Positions 41,978 through 53,710 of a stretch of DNA of 64,000 bases are shown here, piece after piece. The position numbers and the translations under genes are program-made. The notes under the pieces were generated by a model, which was given only the letters and a program-made list of their open reading frames with translations, made no database searches and had not been told where the DNA came from. The first letter of the stretch is position 1, and every line of letters starts with the position of its first letter. This DNA comes from Octopus vulgaris (Eukaryota), in contig OX597825.1 of NCBI GenBank assembly GCA_951406725.2, positions 4,898,001 to 4,962,000 of the forward strand, given 5' to 3'.

Positions 41978-42508
41978 GTATGTATGCTTGTATGTATGCT
42001 TGTATGTATGTATGTGTGTGTGTATGTATGTGTGTATGTATGTATGTATGTATGTATGAATGTGTGTATGAATGTATGTATGTATGTATGAATGTATGTA
42101 TGTATGTATGAATGTGTGTGTATGTATGTTTGTATGTATGTATGTATGTATGTATGTATTTATGTATGTATATATGTGTGTATGTATGTATGTATGTTTG
42201 TATTTTGGTATGTAGTATGTATGTATGTATGTATGTATGTATGTATGTATGTATGTATGTATGTATGTATGTATGTATGTTTGGATATATGTACGTATGC
42301 ATGTATGTATGTTTGTATGTATGCGTATGTATATATGTATGTATGTTTGTATGTATGTATATGTGTATGTATGTATGGTATGTTTCTATGTATGTATGTA
42401 CGTATGTATGTATGTATGTTTCTATGTATGTATGTACGTATGTATGTATGTATGTATGTATGCAAGTATGTATGTATGAATGTTTGTATGCATGTGTGTG
42501 TATATATG

Positions 42509-42542
<34 letters not shown>

Positions 42543-42660
42543 TGTATGTATGTATGTATTTATGTATTTATGTATTTATGTATGTATGTATGTATGTATG
42601 TATGTACGCATGCACGTATGTATTTACAAATGAACGCAGGCACGTACGTATGTATGCCTG
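41978..42660. repeat. Degenerate (TATG)n satellite
   Basis: Read directly. Confidence 0.9.
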
Positions 42661-42983
42661 AGCGGATGGATGGATGCATGCATGCATGCATGCATGGATG
42701 GATGGATGGAGGCACTTAGTCAAGTTCTTACGGTGTTGCACTCAAGATCACGAGAGTTCGATTTCCGGATAGAGTGCTACGTTGTGTTCTTGAACAAAAC
42801 CCTTCATTTACCGTTGCCGAAGGTTCGATATGTAACAATTATTGCTGTTTTCATCCAAAATTCTAATGACAGAGTTTTTGCTTCTTTGCCGAAATCCAGT
42901 TCCTTTTTCCTAGAAAGAGTGAAATAAATATAAAGAAGAAGACTCATAGCAATTCGTATTCTGTGCGTGTGTATGTATGTGTT

Positions 42984-43115
<132 letters not shown>

Positions 43116-43329
43116 CCTATATCAATATTTGTACAATTGACGTGGAACGGGTTTATGTTGTTCATAATAACGTCATACTGTGTAGGAGATTGTTGAGCGT
43201 CAGCTAATGGTAAACACAGCCAACCACTCACAAGAGCCCTCTGATGACTACTACTCAATGGCACGCGCTTCCTTATGTTTGTGAGGTGCACAGAAGGCCC
43301 TACTCATCCATTTTCTTTTAAAGTTAACC

Positions 43330-44370
43330 CCTTCAAGGTTGATATCAACATCGGAATCGTCAACACTTGGCTGTGAATATGCACCACACTGAGCGAAAGC
43401 AAACTGTCCCAAGGACCATATTTGAGACTGCCTCTTCAACGACCTCAACAGCGCAGCGGACAATTTTAATGAACACTTTGTATAAGGCCATGAGGATTTC
43501 TCAGGTGTACATGGAGTCAAACGACATGGTAGAAAGAATGACATGGTAGAAAGGGATGGCCGTTCCTGGGGTTCTGCGATGCACAAAGGGATGACCGTTC
43601 TTTGGGTTCTGCGATGCACAAAGGGATGACCGTTCTTTGGGTTCTGCGATGCACCGCTGAATCAGATAAACAAAGGATGCTAAATCAACGATGAATCAGA
43701 TATACAAAGAATTTAGAATATGTTCAAATTCATCAGAAGATGGCATAGAGAGATCGTTATGAATGCTAAGTCCTTCCTAAGTAAAGAACATACCGTACAA
43801 CAATAGTGATTTTAATATACAGCTGTATGGACTCAAGGGTAATCGGGAAGGGCCCATGGAAGTTGAAAGACTCAGCAATCAGCCAAATCTACAGCAAGAT
43901 GTTGACTGACATATATGAACAAGAAGAAGGAGGAGGAGATAGAGTCTTAGAATGTAATTGAAGGTTCTTGCGTGACAACATCCTGAGGAGAACAAACCAA
44001 ACGCAGGGCTGGTGTAAGCTCGTGGCCAAACTGAATGTGAAGCGGTGAGGCAACAGAACAATGAATAGACGCCGAAATGTTAAGGAGCAAGCTTGGAAAG
44101 AATGGAGGGCGCAAAGAGAATGGTAATTTGAAAGTAACTAATAGAAAATTTAAGCGTTACGTGTGCTTAGTAAAACGAGAAACTGAATATAAGGGATATA
44201 GCTATGTTCTGTAAGGTGAGGAGAGCAAACGAGAAGTATATCGCATTAAGTGTAGGTGAGAAAATCGAGAGGTTATTTGAGACAAGTGTGCACGAAATAA
44301 TATCGGCTCACTGACAGCGAAAAGAAGGAGGTATTATGAAGGGTTGTTGAATGAGAAGAATGAATGGGGG
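43330..44370 (+). mobile_element. RTE-clade LINE relic (AP endonuclease region and linker)
   Basis: Decayed YAP..KD, NFNEH..FSGVHG..GRKN..FCDA (cf. GDFNGHVG..GVHGG..RN..FCD), later AWKEW and YYEGLLNEKNEW. Confidence 0.7.
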
Positions 44371-45054
44371 AAAAGAAGGAATGCTGTCCTACTGGTGTAC
44401 CGATCTGAAGGGTTTAGCGGAACAAATTGTTGTAGAGATCGGCTGCCTTGCTAATGTGAATATCGGAAACCGAAGAGAAAGAGAGTAACTACGGACTATT
44501 TTATTGCACACACCAGCTTCTATTCCCAGATTATAAATTCACATTTATACCAATAATATTTGGAGTATTTGATTTTGCGAATAAGATGACAATCTGGATA
44601 TGCTAGAATTTTCAGAAAAAGAAATCAATCAACGAACGCACATTACAGATATAATGTATAAGCGGAACAGTCAAAATATGCATGACTTGTTGAAAATAGA
44701 AGGTTGTTTTTGTTAACAAACGAATTTTGTACAATATCAAGCCTATGTTTATCGTGGAATGTTAGAAATTTATGTCTAAAAATGACTAGTAAATGCTTAC
44801 TAATTAGGGCCTTCTTTAATAAAAAGTATTTAGTCCTTACATTATTTAAAACAAAGCTCACATGTGAAGAAGTGTAATCCTGTCACTACAGAAAGGGATA
44901 AACCGTGTTCGAGTGAAATAGTCTATTAGGAATAATCATTCGAATAAAAAATAAAACTTTCGTGACCACATTTTATATTACATCAATGTTCGTTTATTAA
45001 TTTTCTATACTTGAAGATGTAATTATTTTCAAAGGGTAATGTTACAGCAAATAG

Positions 45055-45456
45055 TCCTTTCTGCTCTAGGCACAAGGCCCGAAATTTTTTGGGAGGGGCC
45101 AGTCGATTTGACTGACCCTAGTACGCAATTGGTACTTAATTTATCGACCCCGAAATGATGATAGGCAAAGTCGACCTCGGTGGAATTTGAACTCAGAACG
45201 TAGCGACGGGCGAAATACCTATTTCTATTTCTTTACTACCCACAAGGGGCTAAACACATAGAGGACAAACAAGGACAGACACACGGATTAAGTCGATTAG
45301 ATCGACTCCAGTGCGTAACTGGTACTATTTAATCGACCCCGAAAGGATGAAAGGCAAAGTCGAATTCGGCGGCATTTGAACTCAGAACGTAGCGTTAGAC
45401 GGAATACTGCAAAGCATTTCGCCCGGCGTGCTAACGTTTCTGCCAGCTCGCCGCCT
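45055..45456 (-). mobile_element. SINE family B dimer
   Basis: Two cores joined at GAAATAC|CTATTTC. Confidence 0.85.
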
Positions 45457-45589
45457 TAATATTACACCAAATAATGATTACTAAATTAGTAGGTACTACA
45501 AAAAGTATTTGTCGTATAAGATATTCAGAAGAATTATAATTACATTACTAATGGTTACGTAATTAACAAGTAATAATAAGGAAATTGAG

Positions 45590-46015
<426 letters not shown>

Positions 46016-46313
46016 GAGAGTAATTAATTCCTAAAGTGCTTCAAATAAAATTATATTACGTTACAGTTTAAGTCAGACAGGAAAAGTATGATTTATCTGC
46101 TTATGCAAAAGGTTTAGCAGAGATTAAAAATGACCGAATGCCAACGACCGAAACTGGTGCAAAAGAATAAAAATACAGAACAAAGAATAAAAAAAAAATA
46201 AAAATTATACTTATTAAATGTGTCTAGCTTTTGGATAAGTCTAGTTTTACTATTCAAAATATTGTGTATATATCGTTGGTGGTGCGTTTAGTGTGGTACG
46301 TAATGCCACAAGA

Positions 46314-46525
46314 AGGTAGCGAGCTGGAGGAATCGTTAGCACGCCAGAAAAAAATGCTTAACGGCATCTCGTCCGGCTTTACGTTCATAGTTCAAATTCT
46401 GCAGGGTTCGACTTTGCCTTCCATCCTTTCGGCGTCGATAGAATAAGTACCAGTTGCGCACTAGAGACGATGTAATAGACTTATTCCCTTCACCGAAATT
46501 GCTGGCCTTCTGCCAAAATTTGAAG
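46314..46525 (+). mobile_element. SINE family B, diverged
   Basis: GGTAGCGAGCTGGAGGAATCGTTAGC..CTTTGCCTTCCATCCTTTCGG. Confidence 0.75.
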
Positions 46526-46736
46526 CCAATGTGTAACACCACAGGTTCATCAACGCCATAAAAATATTATTAACCATCCAAGAATCGGCCGAAAGTACAA
46601 ATAAGTTCGGTATATCATATACAGTGATAAGATGTAATTGTCTCTAAATTCTCAATTCTTGTTAAACTTTAGCTAATTGCCGAACACGATTTCATTTACT
46701 TGAGCGGTGGCTTGGCTTTTTGTCTTTTATTTCCTA

Positions 46737-47846
46737 CTAGCATTAAAGACCAGTCGTTGCCGGGTCATAGTGCTAGTGCATGTATATATGTGTATATATA
46801 TGTGTACATATTATATGTACATCTATATATATACATCTACACATAAAATACAAAATACAAAGTTATATCTTGATATCGCTAGTGATAACAATACTCAAAA
46901 TATATAACAGACTGGAATTGTTAGCCTGTCTCTTGTAATTTCGATCAATTGTATCTTGTCCTCCCTCTTGTATAGAAGTGTGGCTACAATCCAGCCTACC
47001 TCTACTTTTGAGGGGGACATTTTTAATTTTTATCCAGGACGTCCTACGTCCCAGATATAAAGGTAAAAATAAAATATTTCCACTTTGCAAGTTCGAGTCG
47101 AGTACTCCCTTGCACGCTCCGTTGACTCGAACCTTGCTTCTATTGTGGCGAATTTACCGCCTCTGTTTAGATATCTTTCATAGTCGCACTAAGATACTTT
47201 TCGGTGGTGCTTTCCTCCAGGTGTTCAAATCTTTTTTCTCTACATTGTATACTTTATAGACAATAGTCTTTTCTTTAATTTAATTTTTATTATCCATCTG
47301 GACTATTCCATTTCTGTACGCTAATTTTATTTTTAATTCATTCCCATTCATGTGAAACCACTTATTCAAGTTCAAATCATTGATGCAATTTTATACCAAT
47401 TGCTATTTTTACTTTTGTCATGTTACTTTAGTTTGATTTTAATTATTACTTACTACATATAATTCAATTGTTATTTTTAATGTTAAAGTGAAAGTATCTG
47501 ACATAAAATAGAGAAACGTTTTTGTTTCACTTTTAACACGTAATACTGAAATAGTGGAGAAGATATGATATTGCTATGGGCTCGCTCTAGGCAAGAAGTT
47601 GAACATTTTTTTTGCCCATGAAACTACATGGACCCTAAGTAAGGCATGTGTAAAATTTGAATGGAATTGGTTGTGTAGTTCTCAAGTTTTAGGGAATCGT
47701 AGTGGAGAAGATATGATATTGCTGTGGGCTCGCCCTAGGCAAAAAATTAAAAAAATTTTGCCGATGACACTCCCCGGACCCTAAGTAAGGCTTGTGTAAA
47801 ATTTGAAGGAAATTGGTTGTGTAGTTCTCAAGTTTTAGGGAAGCAC

Positions 47847-47880
<34 letters not shown>

Positions 47881-47953
47881 GGACAGACAGACAGACAGAC
47901 AGACTGACAGACAGACACACAGACACACATTCTCAGTTTTATATATGTAAAGA
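46737..47953 (-). mobile_element. Non-autonomous Helitron (putative extent)
   Basis: Minus strand: A|TCTTTACATATATAAAACTGAG 5' end with (CTGT)n, and a 3' hairpin GACCCGG..CTGGTC followed by CTAG|T. Contains an internal tandem unit of about 149 bp. That the two ends belong together is inferred. Confidence 0.55.
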
Positions 47954-48448
47954 TATAAGATTTTGATTTAACTAATATGTTCCTTTACAAAACATAGTGG
48001 ATGTTCATGACCCAAAGGTGCTGGGCGTACCCAGATAAAGTGTTTGCGTTTTTCTTAGCATGGTCCAGCAGAGAATGTGTGTGCTGATGCCACTTATCAT
48101 CCAGCATTCCTAAAGTCTGCCCTCAAATATAGCAACCGGACGTACGAGATTTTGAAAGGGGGGAAAAACATTACTTGAGGGTAAATGATTGCTTTTGGTT
48201 AGAACGAAAGAAACAGAGCATTATTTAAAACTAATGTGCGTCCCTTGGAGCGTTAGCAAGTATTCAACAAAAAAATTCGGAGTAAAGATTGTTTACCAAC
48301 ATAACATGGCAGTCCTGGTTTAGGACGAATGTTGCTGTAATTTAGCCCCAGGAGACATCGTCTCCAGCTGGCTATGCGACACGATCTGTGTCCTTATATT
48401 TTCGAACAAGGGAATCTAGCACCTCATCTCATCTCAAAACAATATCTG

Positions 48449-48488
48449 TGTATCGTGATTCCCGGGTTATTTCCCTTCATCAGCACAG
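48449..48488 (-). ncRNA. Degenerate hammerhead ribozyme motif
   Basis: Minus strand reads CTGTG-CTGATGA-A-GGG-AAATAA-CCC-GGGAATCACG-ATA-CACAG. Stems I and II intact, GAAA box mutated. Confidence 0.45.
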
Positions 48489-48747
48489 AATAATTGTTCG
48501 GCTAGAGGTGGCGCTGCCAAATTCTTGTTCCTGCTAAAATCTCGTTGTTAGATTTACAAATAGTAATTTTCTAAAGAAAAAAATATTTTCTAAGTACAAG
48601 CAATAACTGCGTTACCACCACCTCCGATTATGCGATCAAGCACTTACAGAAATTGTAAAAGTATGGTCGCTAATTTCAGGATGCGATCCGTAACTTCGTC
48701 ATTACAGAGATTTATGTCAGATGTGACGTAATGTGTTGTTAAGCACG

Positions 48748-49800
48748 ATGGTAATTAAAATAACAATCAAAAGTTTGCATGACGATTTGCACTCAAAGAA
48801 AAATTAAACTTCTAATGAAGACACCTTCTTGACTTTCTTTTTGTTTCTTTTTTACTTGTTTCAGTCATTAGAGTGTAGCCATGCTGGGGCACCGCCTTGA
48901 GAAAGACGTTTATAGCACCTAGGTTTCCCAAGCGGTCAGCCATCTAAGTACTAACTAGGCTCGACTTTGTTTAACTTCGGTGATCGGACGAGAACCGGTG
49001 TTTTCAAAGTGATATGGCCGGTAAGCCTAGTTTGAAAGATGTAAGGAACGCTTGTATTTTCTCAGCCTGAAAATGACTGGTGATGCTACTAGCGCTGATA
49101 CAGAGGCTATTACTAATTATCCCAAGGGAATGAAACAGAAAGGGGTTAAAGAGTCGGGGCTGCATATTAGAGCAAGAACATAACGTTCGTGAAACTGCGC
49201 TTTTCTGGAAACAAGAACTTTTATTTGTCGAGAAGAAAAATCAACACCATCAAATGAAATATTCAAAATTCCTCTGACGATTCTTCTATGAAGAAATACC
49301 GCTGGCGAAATGAAATTAAAGCCCCTTCTCGTGCAGTTCACTGAAAATCCCAGAGCATTTGAGAGATTCATGCACTGTATAATTTATCTCTGATTGGACG
49401 TTCAAAGAGGGCTTACAAACATTGTGTGTCCTACTAGAGGAAGGCACCGCGCCAAACATAATTCCAACAAGGCTGTGCTCTTTTTAGACAATGCACTCTG
49501 CCACTTGAAGAGATTTCTAACAATGCGAGTAAGACATATCCAACAAAATACAATTTCTCTGCTTAAGGCAATGGATCAAGTTATGCAAAACTTGGAAGTA
49601 GAACTTTCAAAAAATGTTAACCACGCAGTTGGCGAGGATGATTAACCTACGCTTTGAAACTTTTGGAAGAACTTCAACATAACGGAGGCCGCGGATAACA
49701 TAGCTGAGTCACGGATGAAGTAACATTTTCGACTCTGAATAATGTTTGGAATTAATGTATATTGCCAGACTGTTTCCGTGATTTTACAAGTTCTTCAATA
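48748..49800 (+). mobile_element. Tigger/pogo (CENP-B-like DDE) transposase relic
   Basis: KSLHDDL..FERCKER..KMTGDATSAD..ETALFWK..LTILL.RNTAGEMKLKPLLV..ENPRAF..LFLDNA..NTISLLKAMDQ..FWKNFNI, with many stops and frameshifts. Confidence 0.85.
48908..49026 (-). rRNA. 5S rRNA: 5S rRNA copy, isolated, probably retroposed or a pseudogene
   Basis: Minus strand GCTTACCGGCCATATCACTTTGAAAACACCGGTTCTCGTCCGATCACCGAAGTTAAACAAAGTCGAGCCTAGTTAGTACTTAGATGGCTGACCGCTTGGGAAACCTAGGTGCTATAAAC, 119 nt, colinear with metazoan 5S. Confidence 0.9.
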
Positions 49801-50101
49801 CAAAAGAAAATTTACTTTATATTCGAAAATATATTGTAACACCTACAAACGGTGTGGAGTAAGAAGCTATAGAGAGAGATGATAGAGTACATTACCTCCC
49901 ATCCTCTTAGTAACTCCCATGATACTACTACTACTACTACTACTAAGTACTTCTTCTCACCCTTTTTAGAAAAGACGTGCAGTTTTCAGAATTAGACATT
50001 TCTGGACTCCGCCTGGTTTGAAGACATGTATATCATTACGACGTCAGCAAAAGTTGAGGACCCAAGAAAAGATATATATTGTGTTTGCGCATGTGCGTGC
50101 A

Positions 50102-50164
<63 letters not shown>

Positions 50165-51259
50165 GTGTGCGTGTGTGTGTGTGCGTGTGTGTGTGTGTGT
50201 ACGTACAATGCCAACCGTAAAACGCACTGCCTCTGGCAAGTACAGGAAGCATTTCTGTCGTGGAGTACATATAGATATACTTTAATCTGCGTTTCTCTAG
50301 GATTCATTTCAAGACTTTAACCTGAAGCATGGAATATTATATAGAATTTAATAATGGCTGAACTTGAAAGGTTTTTCCTGATATCACAGGAATGGGGACA
50401 GAGAAAGAGAGAGAGAGAAAGAAAAGAGAGCAATCATTTATAGACTTCAGTTTGTTGAATGAACCTAGTCCTTTTCTAACTTGCCACATTGCCAAAGGGT
50501 GTAATACGTAATGTTTTATCAACACAAGTAACTTCTTTCATTCAAACGTAAACCTGAAATAGTCTGTTGGTGTTTAGAAACCCAAACTAGGGAATCTTTC
50601 TGCAGGCAGTCTGAATCTGAAGAGGTCAGTTGCTCTGGAGATGTAAGCATTTCTTACAAATCAGCGACGAAGTGAATATTTGCAGACAATCGCTTCGAAA
50701 ATCTACAGCTTATTTACCCAGATTATAAATTATCACAGCTACTTTAATCATGGATGCGCCTGAATGTGTGTTACTAAATGTCTTATTAGTAATCTAAAAA
50801 AACTGTGGGGTTTTTTTTTTGGGGGGTGGTGAGACCAACTAAGCTACTCATAGCAAATACAAGCTGTGAGTGGAATGGTACAACAAAGCAGGAATTTTCT
50901 AATGACGGACACGTAATAATACTTCACCGTTGTTTGTTATCCTAAGTCAGCTGATAAGGCGTTTTGCCGTTATTCTTGTTATTCAGAAATTAGTTTCGTT
51001 ATAAGAATTCAACTAATTAAACACACACACACACATATGTATATGTATACAAATTAAGCATATCTTTAGCATATTAGAAATCCACTTTGGTTGTCATTCT
51101 TCTTAATTTTTAGGTATTACAATTTTTAATCTTCGGATTTTTTAAAATATACTAAGCCACTGGTTTTAATTGATTAATATCAATTTCTATCCTTATTATC
51201 TAATTTGTATGTATGTATGTATGTATGTATGTATGTATGTATGTATGTATGTATGTATG

Positions 51260-51291
<32 letters not shown>

Positions 51292-51433
51292 CAAATATAT
51301 GTATTATGCATATATATGCATAATGTATATATGTGTACATATGTTTGTATGTATTTGCATGTATATATATATGTGTGTGTGTGTATATATAGGTATGTAT
51401 ATCTATATATCTATCTATCTTTCTATCTATCTA

Positions 51434-51475
<42 letters not shown>

Positions 51476-51502
51476 TATATATATATGAATATATATATAT
51501 AT

Positions 51503-51556
<54 letters not shown>

Positions 51557-51923
51557 TCATCATTTATAACAACGATACATGTTCCACATGTATCTAGATC
51601 ATTTAAATACAAAGTTAGATTTGTTTAAGTGTTGTATTTAATCCGAACCTGGCATGTTAATCTGAGATTATCTCTGTTTAACACTGAGCAGAGCTGTTCT
51701 TACATGAAAATGGAAATCGGATTTTCGAATTGGGTGGACGAGTCTTTTGCTGACATTGCATCGAATCGAGGCATTAAGCCCATAAAAGTATCATAAATAC
51801 GAACATGTTTCTCTATTTACAAAATATTGTTTGCATATTAATGTGTGCATGCAAAATTACAAACGTGTTTGTCTGTATGTCTGTCTGTCTGTCTGTCTGT
51901 ATGTATGTATGTATGTATGTATG

Positions 51924-51954
<31 letters not shown>

Positions 51955-52751
51955 TTCATTTGTTTTAATCTGTGACTTATGAATGTGTGTCAGTGTCAGT
52001 ATCACAAAATAAGAACTGGATAAGCTAAGACTACGAGACTGGTTCAGTTCCACGCTAGGTAGTTTTGACACGCAATGGGAAAAGATAAAACCTCCAATCC
52101 GTTATACAATCTCTTATACAAGCCCTTAAACGCTATTTTAAAAATCATCAATGTATTTCTTTGTCTTCATGTATATGTAGTAAAATTTGTGAGGAACTTT
52201 CAAAGCAAGTACCTCCAGTTAAAAAAGTACGTTTAACAGTTAAGTGCAAAGAAAACTTTTCTGTAAGAAAATTTAAAAAAAGAAAAGAAACTGGATATTT
52301 CGTTTTTGGTTTAGAGTAAAAACTATTTAAAAGGTTGCAAGACGCAACGAAAATTTTAGGAAAATAAAAATAAGAAAAAAGTGGAAATTTTACCGGTGAG
52401 TGTGTTAAATTAAAAGGCACAAAAAGAAAATGACTCTTCCCAGAAGAGAAACTGAATATTACTTTAGGTTTTCTTTGTGATGTAGGGAATGAAAAAAATT
52501 AAACCTAGGTTTGCATGAAAAACTACATTTTATTCGGATGTGATACCATAGCAAAATGGTTAATTTTGCGTGAATAATGAGCGTTTACTTGGGGTTAGAC
52601 TTGATTTCAGCTCTTAATTTGCACAAAGTAGATCGGTGTTGTACTGAGATATGATGGATGCTGTTTATGATCCAAGCCTTATAAGTGAAACAGGGTAAAC
52701 GGAAAGTAGACGCCCGTCGCACGCACACACACACACAACACACACACATAC

Positions 52752-53069
52752 GGAGCACTCCATCGGTTACGACGACGAGGGTCTCAGCTGATACAATCAA
52801 CGGAACACGTGAAATTAACATTCAGTTGGCTGAGCACTCCACAGACACGTGTAACCTTAACGTAGTTCTCATGGAGATTCAGCGTAACACAGAGTGTGAC
52901 AAGGCTGGCCCTTTGAAATACAGGTACAACTTATTTTCGCCATCTGAGTGGACTGGAGTGACGTGAAATAAAGTGTCTTGCTCAGGGACACAATGCGTCA
53001 CCGGGAATTGAACTCATGACCTTACAATCGTGAGCCGAATGCCCTAACCACTAAGCCACGTGCCTTCAC
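52752..53069 (-). mobile_element. tRNA-derived SINE family C (V-domain-like)
   Basis: Minus strand GTGGCTTAGTGGTTAGGG (A box), GAGTTCAATTCCC (B box), GTGTCCCTGAGCAAGACACTT. A degenerate relative lies at about 42711-42815. Confidence 0.8.
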
Positions 53070-53354
53070 CACACACACACACACACACACACATGCATAT
53101 GTACAAATGTCATTTTTTGTAACGATCAGAATGATCCATTCCTTATGAGCGAAATTGAGCAGACGGAAACTGTATAGAAGCCTGGAAAATGGATTCTACC
53201 TGCCATTCAACTATTACAGCCTAGTCACACGCTATGCCATACTCATTCTTTCTGAGCCTTACAAATTATATTTTATACAGAACAGTAACTCAGTTTGTAT
53301 TTTCCCTAAACTATATCTGAACTAATGAAAGCGTCAGTAAACCGTATCAAAGAC

Positions 53355-53710
53355 AAAATCACGTTGACAAGGATCAGCAATCCCCAGTTTCCTTTGCTCG
53401 GTATCCTCGTATTCACTTCAAATCATTTGTCATTCTCGCTGTCCTGCATGTCACAGGAGAAAAAAACTTCTCCCTTTTATGACAACAAAATGCTCATAAC
53501 TCACTTGCATCATTGGCGCAAGGAATTTCTTTGCGTCAAGAGAATACCAAGAGTCAATGAGTCGCGTGAGTTATGAGCACGTTGTCATAAAAGGTAATTG
53601 TTCTCCTGTTATGAATACAACAGCGGTCAGCATATTTGCGCTCGAAAAATAAGAATAATATGAAAATCATAGTTTTAGATCTCGGGTTGCACAGATCAAA
53701 CGACGATTTT
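53355..53710. repeat. Degenerate long foldback (inverted repeat), MITE-like
   Basis: CAGGAGAA..CCTTTTATGACAAC..TGCTCATAACTCAC pairs with GTGAGTTATGAGCA.GTTGTCATAAAAGG..TTCTCCTG, with further outer complementary blocks. Confidence 0.7.
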
